IMG/VR virus record: IMGVR_UViG_3300036886_000363
Coordinates: 1-64,000 of that record
DNA from: a virus
Length of the DNA stretch: 64,000 nucleotides
Direction: 5' to 3' (one strand)
A model generated the notes under the pieces. The model was not told the DNA's origin, made no database searches, and saw only the letters and a list, made by a program, of their open reading frames with translations. This document shows positions 44,370 to 53,988 of this stretch, in pieces. The position numbers and the translations under genes were made by a program. Numbering within the stretch: position 1 is the first letter of the stretch; every line of letters begins with the position of its first letter.

Positions 44370-44410
44370 ATAATAAATTTACAGACGAGGGAAAATCGTT
44401 TATATAGATA
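44370..44410 (+). promoter_or_regulatory. sigma70-like promoter TTTACA-17-TATATA for the plus-strand arm
   Basis: ATAATAAATTTACA-GACGAGGG-AAAATCGTTTATATAGATA directly before the TerS RBS. Confidence 0.7.
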
Positions 44411-44421
44411 GGGAGACAATC

Positions 44422-45018
44422 ATGAGTAGCACAGATATCGAAGTAGTTTATAATTTCATCGATGAGGAAGAGGATCCTCAAATCAAAAAGAAAACCAAGA
44501 AAGAATCCAAAACCAAAACAGAGGAGAAAAAGAAAAATGGCAGACCTTCCCTATACTCAGAGGAGCTTGCAAACAAGATATGTCAATGGCTGAGTGAAGG
44601 GAAATCTCTTACAAGTCTGTGCAAACAAGACGACATGCCGACATACGCAACTGTGATGAATTGGTTGTGGAAGGAATCTGATTTCAAGAAGGGGTTTTTA
44701 GAGAGATACGAGACAGCCCGTGAGCAGCAGGCAGAATGCCTGGCTGACGAGTTGATAGACATAGCGGATGACGGGACAAATGATTACATGGAAAAGACCA
44801 GAAAGGACGGATCCAAATTTATCGTTGTTGATGGGGAGAATATACAGAGGAGCAGATTGCGGGCTGATACGAGGAAATGGATTGCAGCCAAGCTGAGGCC
44901 CAAGAAGTATGGAGACTCTTCCCAGTTGAAACTGACAGATGGAGAAGGGACGGGCTCTGCCATTTTCAAAGTTATTTATGAGAATCGCCCGATACCAAAG
45001 AGAGAGGACGGATTATGA
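44422..45018 (+). CDS. terminase small subunit (Sf6/P22-like)
   Basis: GRPSLYSEELANKIC...GKSL...MP...TV..WL; RSRLRADTRKWIAAKLRPKKYGD. Confidence 0.9.
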   Translation: MSSTDIEVVYNFIDEEEDPQIKKKTKKESKTKTEEKKKNGRPSLYSEELANKICQWLSEGKSLTSLCKQDDMPTYATVMNWLWKESDFKKGFLERYETAREQQAECLADELIDIADDGTNDYMEKTRKDGSKFIVVDGENIQRSRLRADTRKWIAAKLRPKKYGDSSQLKLTDGEGTGSAIFKVIYENRPIPKREDGL

Positions 45019-45419
45019 AATATATCGTAGAGAAGAGGAGAGATAAGGATTTATGGTTGGTGATTCCTTTTCAAGAAATGGCTGAAGGAGATATTGTCAG
45101 ATTCCGTTTCCCCGACACCCTTGAATTAGTTTCTCTCCTTGATGAAACGATATTTAGAGTGGCTTCTAAACCGGAACCATTCAGCGATCCAAATAATCCA
45201 GATGTGGAATGGATGGTCGAGATTGATGTCGGGAATCTTACTGTCTTGCAATCAAATGACAGGATCGTAGATCCGAGAGATGTCCCCGAAAATTATGTTT
45301 ATTTTGGGACTGCGGCAATCCCAGCCTTTAAAGGAGGAAGGGAATACGACGAAGAAGAGATTTCAGAACCTGTCAATCGTTTCAGAGAATCAATAATAAA
45401 AGGAGAACCCAGGCAATGA
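45015..45419 (+). CDS. hypothetical phage protein
   Basis: ORF track, ATGA overlaps. Confidence 0.5.
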   Translation: MKYIVEKRRDKDLWLVIPFQEMAEGDIVRFRFPDTLELVSLLDETIFRVASKPEPFSDPNNPDVEWMVEIDVGNLTVLQSNDRIVDPRDVPENYVYFGTAAIPAFKGGREYDEEEISEPVNRFRESIIKGEPRQ

Positions 45420-45958
45420 AAATCCAGATAATAAAAGAATTGGCGGAGAAGGTGGAGAGGATTGATACTCTTATTGGAAGGAGGCAGTCTCTTCAGAAGG
45501 GGGTAAAAGAGATAGGATTGGCAGGATTTAAAAGAGATAGTATTGAATGCGTGATGGTTCCGGCTGAAATATTTATGAGTGTCACAAAAGAAATCCTCTA
45601 CTATTATGATAGAGAGATAGAGAGACAGAAAAAAGAGATCGAGGATTATCACGAAAAGCCTATCACTTATGGAAGACTTAGAGCAGAAGAAGGAGGGTCT
45701 CCTCGTCATTGGGATCCGGGTAAGCCTCCTCAGTTTCTTGCTGGGGTTGATCGCGGCCAGGAAAGGGATCAGGTAGTTGTTGCTCTTTGGGGAAGTGATC
45801 CTGCCGGGAATTTTAAATTACTCAGAATGAAGACAACGGTTTATTTTTCGCAGGATCGCCCTTCAAGCAGAGAGATAGAAGAGCAAATCAGGGAAATGTG
45901 TATGGCAGAAAGTTTGTCAACAAAAGAAACAGAAGATGTACTCAGATCCTTGAGGTAG
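45416..45958 (+). CDS. hypothetical phage protein
   Basis: ORF track, ATGA overlap. Confidence 0.5.
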   Translation: MKIQIIKELAEKVERIDTLIGRRQSLQKGVKEIGLAGFKRDSIECVMVPAEIFMSVTKEILYYYDREIERQKKEIEDYHEKPITYGRLRAEEGGSPRHWDPGKPPQFLAGVDRGQERDQVVVALWGSDPAGNFKLLRMKTTVYFSQDRPSSREIEEQIREMCMAESLSTKETEDVLRSLR

Positions 45959-46149
45959 GAAATGAAAAAGCAACAATTGACAATCGCAGAACTTGAAGCC
46001 CTTCTCGATCAGGATGAAGAGACGGCAATTGTTCTCTCTGCCGGAAAAGTTGATGATTATATCCGCTGCGATATAAAAATTACCAACGAAGAATTATGGG
46101 AAAGAGCAATGATGCAAGGAAGGCCATTACAAGTGAGGGTGGGGTATAA

Positions 46150-46776
46150 ATGAACTCTCAAGAGATAGAAAAGATATATAGAGACGAACCAAGATTCCAG
46201 AGAGTCTTCCAGCTCAAGCATGTCCAGAAATACTCGACATATGCAGTCGCCTCAATTATAAACTGGCTGGTCGAAAAGATGAATCCGCAATATTGTTATC
46301 TTGATGTTGGTGTGTGGCATGGTTTCTCCCTCCTCGCCGGTGCAATAGGCAATCCTCAAAAGCGTTGCATCGGCGTTGATAATTTCTCCCAGACTGACGG
46401 GATCGATGATCTGGAGCGTAATATCGAGCCATTCGAGAATGTCGAATTCTTCAAGATGGGGTATCAAAAATATCTTCAGCAGATTCACAAACAATCAATA
46501 GGGGTGTATCATTATGACGCAGACCACAGAGAGGATAGCCAGTATTATGGGCTTACCCTTGCAAAACGCTTCCTTCGAGAAGGCTCAATTATTATTATTG
46601 ACGATTGGTCTTGGCTCCATGTCCAGACTGCGACGAGATGGTTCCTTAAAGACAATCCCGAATATCATATCATCTTTGAAGAGACCTATAACAAGCCGAT
46701 AGAGGAATGTAATCTCTGGAATGGAATCTGCCTAATCAAAAAAGGCAAAGAAGGAAGGGCATATTATGGGTATTAG
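46150..46776 (+). CDS. class I SAM-dependent methyltransferase (Methyltransf_24-like)
   Basis: YLDVGVWHGFS, GVDNF, HYDADH, IIIDDW. Confidence 0.8.
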   Translation: MNSQEIEKIYRDEPRFQRVFQLKHVQKYSTYAVASIINWLVEKMNPQYCYLDVGVWHGFSLLAGAIGNPQKRCIGVDNFSQTDGIDDLERNIEPFENVEFFKMGYQKYLQQIHKQSIGVYHYDADHREDSQYYGLTLAKRFLREGSIIIIDDWSWLHVQTATRWFLKDNPEYHIIFEETYNKPIEECNLWNGICLIKKGKEGRAYYGY

Positions 46777-46966
46777 TCCGCAATATACATGGGGCGAGTT
46801 TGTCGAATATTTTAAGAAAGATGACTTGGTGCAATTTTTTACTCAGCCTCAGCCTGGAGGGAATGTTTTCCTTTATAGATCAAAGGATCCATCAGTTCCG
46901 ATGGAGATTCAAGAGAAGCAGCCTGAGGAAAAGAATATTGTGTTGAAAAGAGCTTTGGAGTTTTAA
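46766..46966 (+). CDS. small protein ending in KRALEF
   Basis: ORF track. Confidence 0.45.
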   Translation: MGISPQYTWGEFVEYFKKDDLVQFFTQPQPGGNVFLYRSKDPSVPMEIQEKQPEEKNIVLKRALEF

Positions 46967-47141
46967 TTATGCAAGAATGGCAACAAGGGCATGATCGATT
47001 TACAAAGGCAAAACAAAAGCAGCTTGCCGCCAATAGGGAAAGGCTTATAAGGGAAAGGATCGGCAGGAAGTGCTCAAAGGTCGCTAACGACAACTATCTA
47101 AATCATTATGACGAGACATTCGGGAAGAAGGAGGAGAGATC

Positions 47142-47564
47142 ATGAAGAAAAGATTTGGGACAATGTTGTGGATAATTTTGATTTGCCTTTTGGTTTCATA
47201 TGGGATTGTTCATGCCGGCGCTCTGACTTCGATGAAAGCGGTCAAGGCTGTCCCAGATGGAGCGCAAGTATTTCTTGATGGATATGTCTCTCCGGGATTT
47301 GTTGATGCGGAAGTCCTGACAGGCGGAGCAGCGGTAGTTCATTATGTTCCATATCAGGGAACGACGACTCTTGTAAAAATAAAATGTACTGGCGATGTCT
47401 GGGTGAATGTGGGAGCAGCCGCCGCTGTCCCCGGAGCTGCCATAACAGATGGCTCCAGTTCAATATTGAATCCACCCGGCTTCTTATCTATCGGATCGGC
47501 GACATATATAGGATTGATCGCAGCGGCGAATAATAAGTGTTCTCTTGAGTGGTTCAAGCCATAG
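47142..47564 (+). CDS. signal-anchored, beta-rich putative virion or exported protein
   Basis: N-terminal hydrophobic signal, G/A/V-rich body. Confidence 0.5.
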   Translation: MKKRFGTMLWIILICLLVSYGIVHAGALTSMKAVKAVPDGAQVFLDGYVSPGFVDAEVLTGGAAVVHYVPYQGTTTLVKIKCTGDVWVNVGAAAAVPGAAITDGSSSILNPPGFLSIGSATYIGLIAAANNKCSLEWFKP

Positions 47565-47682
47565 ATGAAAATCATATATGTCTATACTGACCAGACATAT
47601 TGCAAGAAGACAGGCGAGCCCTGTAAAGAGCCAGATAAACCTTGTCCTCATAAAGTGAGGAAGGAAGATATGGAGAGAGAAG

Positions 47683-47859
47683 ATGAAGGGAGAGGATTTG
47701 CACGGAGGCGAGATACTTAGTAAGGAGGAATATCCGGAGTTGTATGCAGCCATCTGTTCTTCATATAGGTTTGTTCCAGAAAAATTTACTCTGCCGGATT
47801 TGAGAGGCAGATTTATGAGAGGATGGACTGAAGACTTTTCAGATGGAGGAGGAATATAA
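47683..47859 (+). CDS. stand-alone phage tail-collar domain peptide (58 aa)
   Basis: Manual translation ...GEILSKEEYPELYAAI...FTLPDLRGRFMRG. Confidence 0.65.
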   Translation: MKGEDLHGGEILSKEEYPELYAAICSSYRFVPEKFTLPDLRGRFMRGWTEDFSDGGGI

Positions 47860-47860
47860 A

Positions 47861-48361
47861 ATGTCAAGATCACAGACAGGAAATAGAAATGCCTTCTTAG
47901 ACATGATTGCAGATTCGGAATTAGGCCAGAGGATACTCGCCGGATCTGATGATGGATATAATGTCGAGGTCGGCAGTACCCCGGATAACATTATCCTGAT
48001 CGCGAACTACGACGATCATCCCCATATTGTTGAGCATATTCATCGCAGAGACGGGACGGATATTCCCTCAAGTGCTGCCGGGCGTTATCAGGCGCTTGGA
48101 CATATTTTCGATTCTTATCGGAAGAGCCTCAATCTGCAAGCTCCTTATTTTTCTCCTGAAAATCAAGATGCAGTCACAATCCAGCAAATAAGAGAATGTC
48201 ATGCACTGCCGGATATCGATGCAGGCAATATCGAATCTGCTATTCCAAAGGTCGCGCATCTCTGGGCAAGTTTCCCGGGTGCAGGATATAAAGATCAGCA
48301 CATGAATAAGATCACTCAACTACTCGCAGCATTTACAGCTGCTGGTGGAATATTGGCATAG
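47861..48361 (+). CDS. endolysin, lambda R-like lytic transglycosylase (GH104)
   Basis: AFLDMIADSE, SSAAGRYQ, FSPENQD, WASFPG. Confidence 0.9.
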   Translation: MSRSQTGNRNAFLDMIADSELGQRILAGSDDGYNVEVGSTPDNIILIANYDDHPHIVEHIHRRDGTDIPSSAAGRYQALGHIFDSYRKSLNLQAPYFSPENQDAVTIQQIRECHALPDIDAGNIESAIPKVAHLWASFPGAGYKDQHMNKITQLLAAFTAAGGILA

Positions 48362-48373
48362 GGAGGTGAATAT

Positions 48374-48562
48374 ATGGTAACATTGAAGGTCATCATTGCA
48401 ATTGTGATTGTTCTTTTGATTCTCGCCGTTGTTGGAGTTTTTGTCTATCGAAATAACAAGGCGAAGATTCTCGCAGCAGCCGACAAGGCGACAGCAGTAG
48501 CAGACAAGGTGGTTGATGCAGAACAGAAAGCAAAAGATATTGCGGCGACATTAAAGAAGTAA
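48374..48562 (+). CDS. small single-TM protein (lysis-associated candidate)
   Basis: N-terminal TM then basic helix; follows the endolysin. Confidence 0.5.
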   Translation: MVTLKVIIAIVIVLLILAVVGVFVYRNNKAKILAAADKATAVADKVVDAEQKAKDIAATLKK

Positions 48563-48598
48563 CGGCGCAAAGAAAAGTGATGACAAGCTAACGAAAAA

Positions 48599-48670
48599 GG
48601 AGAGGGTGTGAAACAAACTAAACTATCGTCCGCAACGAGGGTTAGGTCACGACATTCCCTCTCCATTTTT
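48599..48670 (+). terminator. long hairpin followed by a T run
   Basis: GGAGAGGG-TGTGA...TCACG...CCCTCTCC-ATTTTTT. Confidence 0.45.
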
Positions 48671-48887
48671 TAAAAAGGAATTATCATGACAACAGCAAAT
48701 ACAATGTCAATAGGCGATATCCAGCAGGCATTAAATGAGTTCAATAATAAAGACCTTGCAGTTTATGTATCGATTGCCGGTGTCGCATATTCGATTTCAT
48801 CGATAGGATTAAATCCGGTGCTGGGGCAAGATGTCCAGATAGTTATCTATTGTCAACCAATGGCAATTTCATAAAAGGAGGTCAGAG

Positions 48888-49208
48888 ATGCCAAGTCCAG
48901 ATGAGAATAAAAAGGTCAATGAAGGGTTTTTTAGAATGCTCAATTCGGAGCCGAGGAATGGTGCGGGCGCCTTCTTGAATAATTATGAGGAGAGAATGAA
49001 TGTTCAAATCGGCAGTCCTTTCCTCAAAGTTCTTCAGGAAGAAAAGGTGGAGGAAGATACATATTACAATCTTGTTTGCAGAATTGACAAACTTGAAAAG
49101 AAGATCAATAAAATAATGATCCATCTGGGCATCGATGACAAATCAGAAATTTTGGTTGTTGGAAAGGCAATGATAAATCCATATAAGATGAAAGGAGGTC
49201 AGTCATGA
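48888..49208 (+). CDS. hypothetical phage protein
   Basis: ORF track, AGGAGG RBS. Confidence 0.45.
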   Translation: MPSPDENKKVNEGFFRMLNSEPRNGAGAFLNNYEERMNVQIGSPFLKVLQEEKVEEDTYYNLVCRIDKLEKKINKIMIHLGIDDKSEILVVGKAMINPYKMKGGQS

Positions 49209-49477
49209 AATTTAGCGAGCAAGCAAAGGTCTGGTTGAAAGGATTTATCTCTGCGGTCATCTCAGGGTTGTCAGGTGGGGTAGGATGTTTAATCGCAGAG
49301 CCTACTACCTTTAATTTTACGGAGACCGGATTTATATCGCTGGCAAAGGTTTGCGGAGTGTCTGCATTGATAGGAGCTGCCAATTATATAAAGCAGTCGC
49401 CATTGCCATCCAGTAATTGTGGGCCTCCGCCTGCAATGCCTGATCCGGCGGCAGCTCCCGGGACACCGACAAAATGA
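49205..49477 (+). CDS. holin-like membrane protein
   Basis: Two hydrophobic segments and a YIKQSPLP tail; lysis region. Confidence 0.55.
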   Translation: MKFSEQAKVWLKGFISAVISGLSGGVGCLIAEPTTFNFTETGFISLAKVCGVSALIGAANYIKQSPLPSSNCGPPPAMPDPAAAPGTPTK

Positions 49478-49794
49478 CGATAAAGGGAAAGGAGACCAGT
49501 CATGAAAAAGGATGAAATAATGTTAACGGCCTTTGCAGATAAATTGATGGCCAAATTTATGGAGTTGAATCCGGACGACAAGCCGATATCATGGTGTATA
49601 AAACTTATTAGCAACGATCAGGAATATAAGAATGCTGCATTGATGAGTCTTTCAAATGATGTTAGTCTTCTTTGTCTTCCTGAGAAGATCCACGATGTCA
49701 TAACAAACGAAGCTGTCTTTGATTTCTTTGAAATGGAAGATAGTTGGTATTTATTCGCTCTCGTACAGAGCAAATTTGCATAAGGAGAATAATC

Positions 49795-50274
49795 ATGTTA
49801 GGACTACCGCCTTATCTAAATCCGAAAAACATATTGCTGACTCTTCTGGGCATCGCACTGATCTCAACCGGATTCCTCTATCTTACCCAGAGGACGACCC
49901 TCGCGACAACGAAGGCCAATCTCGAAAGTTGCCAGAAAGACCTTTCTATCGAGAAGATTGATCTTGCCGATTGTGAAAAGAATGTCGCAGCTGTGAAGAC
50001 CCAGTACGAGCAGGCAGAGCAGACCAATGCCAATACAAATACCGTGAGAGATAAAATATGGACGATTGTTAATAAACATACAGTCACGGCGCCCGGGCCT
50101 GCCCAAACAAATCCTCAAATAGTAACCGCTGCCCCTGCAGCCCAGCCAAAGGAGATGGTGATCGACAATGAAACACAGAAAAAACTTGATGATCTGTTTG
50201 CTGTTGCCAATAGTACTGTCGTTGCTTTTAATACAAGGGTGCGCGCATCGGCAGGAGTTGGTGGTTCCAAATGA
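49795..50274 (+). CDS. Rz-like inner-membrane spanin
   Basis: N-terminal TM followed by a coiled coil with Cys; overlaps a lipoprotein gene. Confidence 0.6.
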   Translation: MLGLPPYLNPKNILLTLLGIALISTGFLYLTQRTTLATTKANLESCQKDLSIEKIDLADCEKNVAAVKTQYEQAEQTNANTNTVRDKIWTIVNKHTVTAPGPAQTNPQIVTAAPAAQPKEMVIDNETQKKLDDLFAVANSTVVAFNTRVRASAGVGGSK

Positions 50275-50473
50275 GCCTGTAAAGTGCGGGGATCCCCTTG
50301 CTCCTCAGCTCATAGCAACGAAGCCCTGCATTCCATTGACGACAATGGAAGATTATCTTCAATGTCTTGTCGCCAATACTGGCATCCTCGCAAATGATCT
50401 CAATGAAATGAACGGATATACGGAGAAGCTCGAAGATGCAGTACGCTGCTACAAATCTTCAAACACAAAGTAG
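50168..50473 (+). CDS. Rz1-like outer-membrane lipoprotein spanin
   Basis: Signal peptide with lipobox LIQGC; Pro/Cys-rich; overlaps the 3' end of the i-spanin. Confidence 0.65.
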   Translation: MKHRKNLMICLLLPIVLSLLLIQGCAHRQELVVPNEPVKCGDPLAPQLIATKPCIPLTTMEDYLQCLVANTGILANDLNEMNGYTEKLEDAVRCYKSSNTK

Positions 50474-51785
50474 CACTATTCCGGAGATCATTGTCCGGCT
50501 CCCGATGCCGACTCCGAAGCAGCGGGATTTTATTTACAGTCCTGCCAAACGGAAAATAGTTAAAGCCGGAAGGCGAGGAGGCAAGACTGTTGGTGTCGGT
50601 ATAATGGGGATCGAAGACTTTATGTCTAATTATAGGGTCTTGTATGCAGCGCCGACTCAGGAACAGATTGCGAGATTCTGGTTTACGGTTTGCAAGGCAT
50701 TGGAAGAGCCCCTTGAAAAAGGATATCTCTACAAAAATGAATCGGATCACATTATTGAATGGGAAGATTGGATCCTCAAGAAATGGCAGGAACAGGGAAT
50801 CGACCGATCTGAAAATAGGATACGGGCAAAGACAGCATGGAATGCAGATACCCTTCGAGGAGATTATGCAGACAAGCTGCTTCTCGATGAGTGGCAGTTA
50901 ATGAATGAGGATGCATGGGGATATGTCGGAGCGCCCATGCTCATGGATACAAATGGAGATGTCGTTTTTATTTACACCCCTCCGAGTCTCCAATCAAGAT
51001 CGGTAAGCAAAGCGCGGGATCCCCAGCATGCCGCAAAGCTCTTTAAAAAGATATCAGCGCTACAGAAGGTAAGGCCAGACAGATATGCTGCATTCCATTT
51101 TACATCTCGTGACAATCCTCATCTCAGTGAAGAGGCTCTAAACGAGATCGCAGATGATATGACATCTGAAGCTTATAGAATGGAAATTCTCGCAGAGGAT
51201 CTTGATGAAGCGCTCGGCTCTCTCTGGAAGCGTGCGACAATCGAGAAGTATCGAATCCAGACATGGGATACAGAAAAGCTTCCCCGCGAGTATGAACTTA
51301 TTATGGTTGGTGTCGATCCCTCTGCAACAAGTACGGGTGATGAGGCGGGGATAATTGCAGCAGGCAAGAAAGGGAAAGAAGGATTTACACTTAAAGATGC
51401 GTCTGTCCAAGGATCTCCTCTCACATGGGCAAAGGCCGCTGTTGCTTTGTACCACGATCTCAAGGCGAATAAGATCGTGGCAGAAGCTAACAATGGAGGA
51501 GAGATGGTTTCGACGGTTATTGCTCAGGTTGATCCCAATGTCCCCGTCACTCTTGTCCATGCGTCAAGAGGCAAGCAGACAAGGGCTGAACCTGTTTCTG
51601 CTCTTGCCGAGAAGGGGAAGGATCATCATGTAGGCAATTTCCCATATCTCGAAGATGAAATGTGTTTATGGGTGCCCGGAAGGCCATCTCCGAATAGGAT
51701 GGATGCAAAGGTCTGGGCTTATACAGGACTTGGATTGGTCGGTACTGGCGGTACTGATTGGGAGGCAGTTGTCGGAGGAAATTAA
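50436..51785 (+). CDS. terminase large subunit
   Basis: AGRRGGKT, LLDEW, YTPP, DNPHL, VGVDPS, EANNGG, SPNRMDA. Confidence 0.93.
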   Translation: MQYAATNLQTQSSTIPEIIVRLPMPTPKQRDFIYSPAKRKIVKAGRRGGKTVGVGIMGIEDFMSNYRVLYAAPTQEQIARFWFTVCKALEEPLEKGYLYKNESDHIIEWEDWILKKWQEQGIDRSENRIRAKTAWNADTLRGDYADKLLLDEWQLMNEDAWGYVGAPMLMDTNGDVVFIYTPPSLQSRSVSKARDPQHAAKLFKKISALQKVRPDRYAAFHFTSRDNPHLSEEALNEIADDMTSEAYRMEILAEDLDEALGSLWKRATIEKYRIQTWDTEKLPREYELIMVGVDPSATSTGDEAGIIAAGKKGKEGFTLKDASVQGSPLTWAKAAVALYHDLKANKIVAEANNGGEMVSTVIAQVDPNVPVTLVHASRGKQTRAEPVSALAEKGKDHHVGNFPYLEDEMCLWVPGRPSPNRMDAKVWAYTGLGLVGTGGTDWEAVVGGN

Positions 51786-51787
51786 AA

Positions 51788-52147
51788 ATGCCAACAATTC
51801 AATTGAGTGATGCAAATGGAGTTAAATATTATTTTCAATGTACTCAGGGAGATGGATCTTTAGCCAACCCATTCATCCCAGATAGTGAAGATACTAATCT
51901 TGAATTTATGCTTCATATTCTGCTTGATCTGCTTTCAAACCCTGTCTGGTTAAATGCAGCTTTGAATGCTCTTCAAGTTTCTCAGGCGACAGCTGCAAAC
52001 TTGAACTGCACGGCTTCAATCGCCGGCGCTCAAACCCTTGCGACCTTAACAAACGTGGCTCAACATGGAGCAGTTCCTGCGGATCCTCTTGTCCCCGGGA
52101 TGATGGATGCCGCGTGGGGATCAGATATCAGAGCGATTTTGACATAG
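51788..52147 (+). CDS. putative virion structural protein
   Basis: GDGSLANPF motif, A/T-rich; structural cluster. Confidence 0.45.
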   Translation: MPTIQLSDANGVKYYFQCTQGDGSLANPFIPDSEDTNLEFMLHILLDLLSNPVWLNAALNALQVSQATAANLNCTASIAGAQTLATLTNVAQHGAVPADPLVPGMMDAAWGSDIRAILT

Positions 52148-52156
52148 GAGGATAAA

Positions 52157-53788
52157 ATGCCAATACTTGATAAGGTAAAACCAATAATAGATTACCCGCG
52201 TTGGAGACAACCTGCACCAACCCTTAACGCTCATGCTGCTGGATCTGCGATTTGTTTTGACAAGAGGAATGATAATAGCAGGCATCCCCTTCTATATCAA
52301 CTTGTCTCCGCGGCGGTATTGAATGCCTATGATCCAAGACAGGACGGATGGTCATTCGTTGGCAACCCCGGCCTCTCTGCCTTTGGAGCTGGATCGTGTG
52401 CAGTATTTTGTCCTTCTCAGGGAGTCAGGGGAACACTGGGCAGCGGTTCGACGAGCACTTCAATTGTCGTTGGAAGTGTTCTTACTGCGGTTATCGCAGG
52501 GCAACTTACGGGAAATAGAATCCGCATGATCGGGAATAATAATGCGGGAAGTTGCGGGAGAATAGAAGAGAGAATGATAATTGGCAACTCTGCAGGAACA
52601 AGTCCTACAATTTATCTCGATAGTCCTCTTTCATATTCCTACATAAGTGGCGATGCATTTGAAATTCATTCGGGCAGGGTCTATATGTTGGGCACGACAG
52701 CTGGAGCAACCCAGTTGAGATATTATGATACGATTTATCAGACATTGACAAGTGCAGGCAATACCACCTTGACAATCGCGGTTGATTCTGAAATGGTTTG
52801 TCTCGATGAAGACTATGTCCCTTATGATAGAAAGCCTGGCGAGGGGTTGGTTGTTACATCTTCTTCTCCTGCAATCACTTACGATACTGGAGGGATCGTA
52901 AAGTATTGTTTACAGGCATCTGCGGTGGGAGTTGGAACAGTGACAGGATCTGCAGCGGGGGGAGACAATAATATTCTTGCAAATGAATATCGAAATTTCC
53001 AGATTAGGATTGTCGAAGATACGACAACTCCAACTGCTGTTGGACAAAGGGCTACAATCGCGTCTCATACGGCAGGAGCTGCTTCTCCTCTTATTGTTTA
53101 TACTCTGGGCGCCAACTGGGGAGTGAGGCCTTCAAACAATGCCAAGTATGTCATCGAGAATCCGAATGTCATATTGCTCTTCGCTCAGGCTGCGGGCACA
53201 ACAATTTATACTTATAATCCGACACCTGCGACAATCAATAATGGAACAAATACGATCACAACAGGAGCTTTCTCCACGCCCTATTTCGGAGTGAGGGGTT
53301 CGGCTGTTGGAGCAGGAACTTTTTATCTTCCATCATGGTCTCATGAGCCTGTTCTCAATGCAGACGGAACAAAACAATCTCGTCATAGTTTCATTTACTC
53401 TATCAGGGGAGGAGGCGGCACTCAGATTGATATGCTTGATATTGCCGGAGGTACGACAGGAGCCTGGACAAATGCTCTTGCATATATTGGTCAGCAGACA
53501 GCATTCAATACTGCTTCTTGTGGGAATATGGCTCCATTCGATCAGAATGGAATGTATGGATATTGTATTCTAAATGCAACAAATAATATGTATCGTTTTG
53601 ATATCAAGAATAGAATCATGTGGCCATGGAAGCAGTTGCCTGTTCAGTCCGGAGCCGCGGCAGTGGGAGGAAGAGTTGAAATAATTCCATATATGACTAC
53701 AGGAAATTCTCCGACAGACAAAGTGAGTCTGGTATTTGTAAACAGTCATCTTTCAACGGTCATGTATAGGGCGGAGGTAATATCATGA
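52157..53788 (+). CDS. beta-rich virion structural protein (possible propeller or receptor-binding)
   Basis: 543 aa, G/A/T/S-rich with repeated beta motifs. Confidence 0.55.
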   Translation: MPILDKVKPIIDYPRWRQPAPTLNAHAAGSAICFDKRNDNSRHPLLYQLVSAAVLNAYDPRQDGWSFVGNPGLSAFGAGSCAVFCPSQGVRGTLGSGSTSTSIVVGSVLTAVIAGQLTGNRIRMIGNNNAGSCGRIEERMIIGNSAGTSPTIYLDSPLSYSYISGDAFEIHSGRVYMLGTTAGATQLRYYDTIYQTLTSAGNTTLTIAVDSEMVCLDEDYVPYDRKPGEGLVVTSSSPAITYDTGGIVKYCLQASAVGVGTVTGSAAGGDNNILANEYRNFQIRIVEDTTTPTAVGQRATIASHTAGAASPLIVYTLGANWGVRPSNNAKYVIENPNVILLFAQAAGTTIYTYNPTPATINNGTNTITTGAFSTPYFGVRGSAVGAGTFYLPSWSHEPVLNADGTKQSRHSFIYSIRGGGGTQIDMLDIAGGTTGAWTNALAYIGQQTAFNTASCGNMAPFDQNGMYGYCILNATNNMYRFDIKNRIMWPWKQLPVQSGAAAVGGRVEIIPYMTTGNSPTDKVSLVFVNSHLSTVMYRAEVIS

Positions 53789-53988
53789 GGGCTGTAAGAA
53801 AAGCATTGGAAGTAGATGTCCAGATAGTTGCGTTTGCTTGTCTGATTCCTGTAAAGTCTCCAAATGGAGGCCCAGATAAATTGGAACAGGCAAATCCGGG
53901 AGACTATTTAATAACAAATTCTCAGGGAGAAAGTTATCCGATACGGGCAGACCTTTTTCTTGCCCAGTATGATATAGTGGAAGAATAA
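53785..53988 (+). CDS. PGDYG-like small protein
   Basis: ANPGDYLITNSQGESYPIRADLFLAQYD. Confidence 0.6.
   Translation: MRAVRKALEVDVQIVAFACLIPVKSPNGGPDKLEQANPGDYLITNSQGESYPIRADLFLAQYDIVEE

Noticed and set aside
45730-45840. Terminase nuclease-like fragment (AGVDRGQERDQVVV) in 45416-45958
   Set aside because: Only a short motif with no further RNase H-fold acidic residues recognisable; insufficient support.
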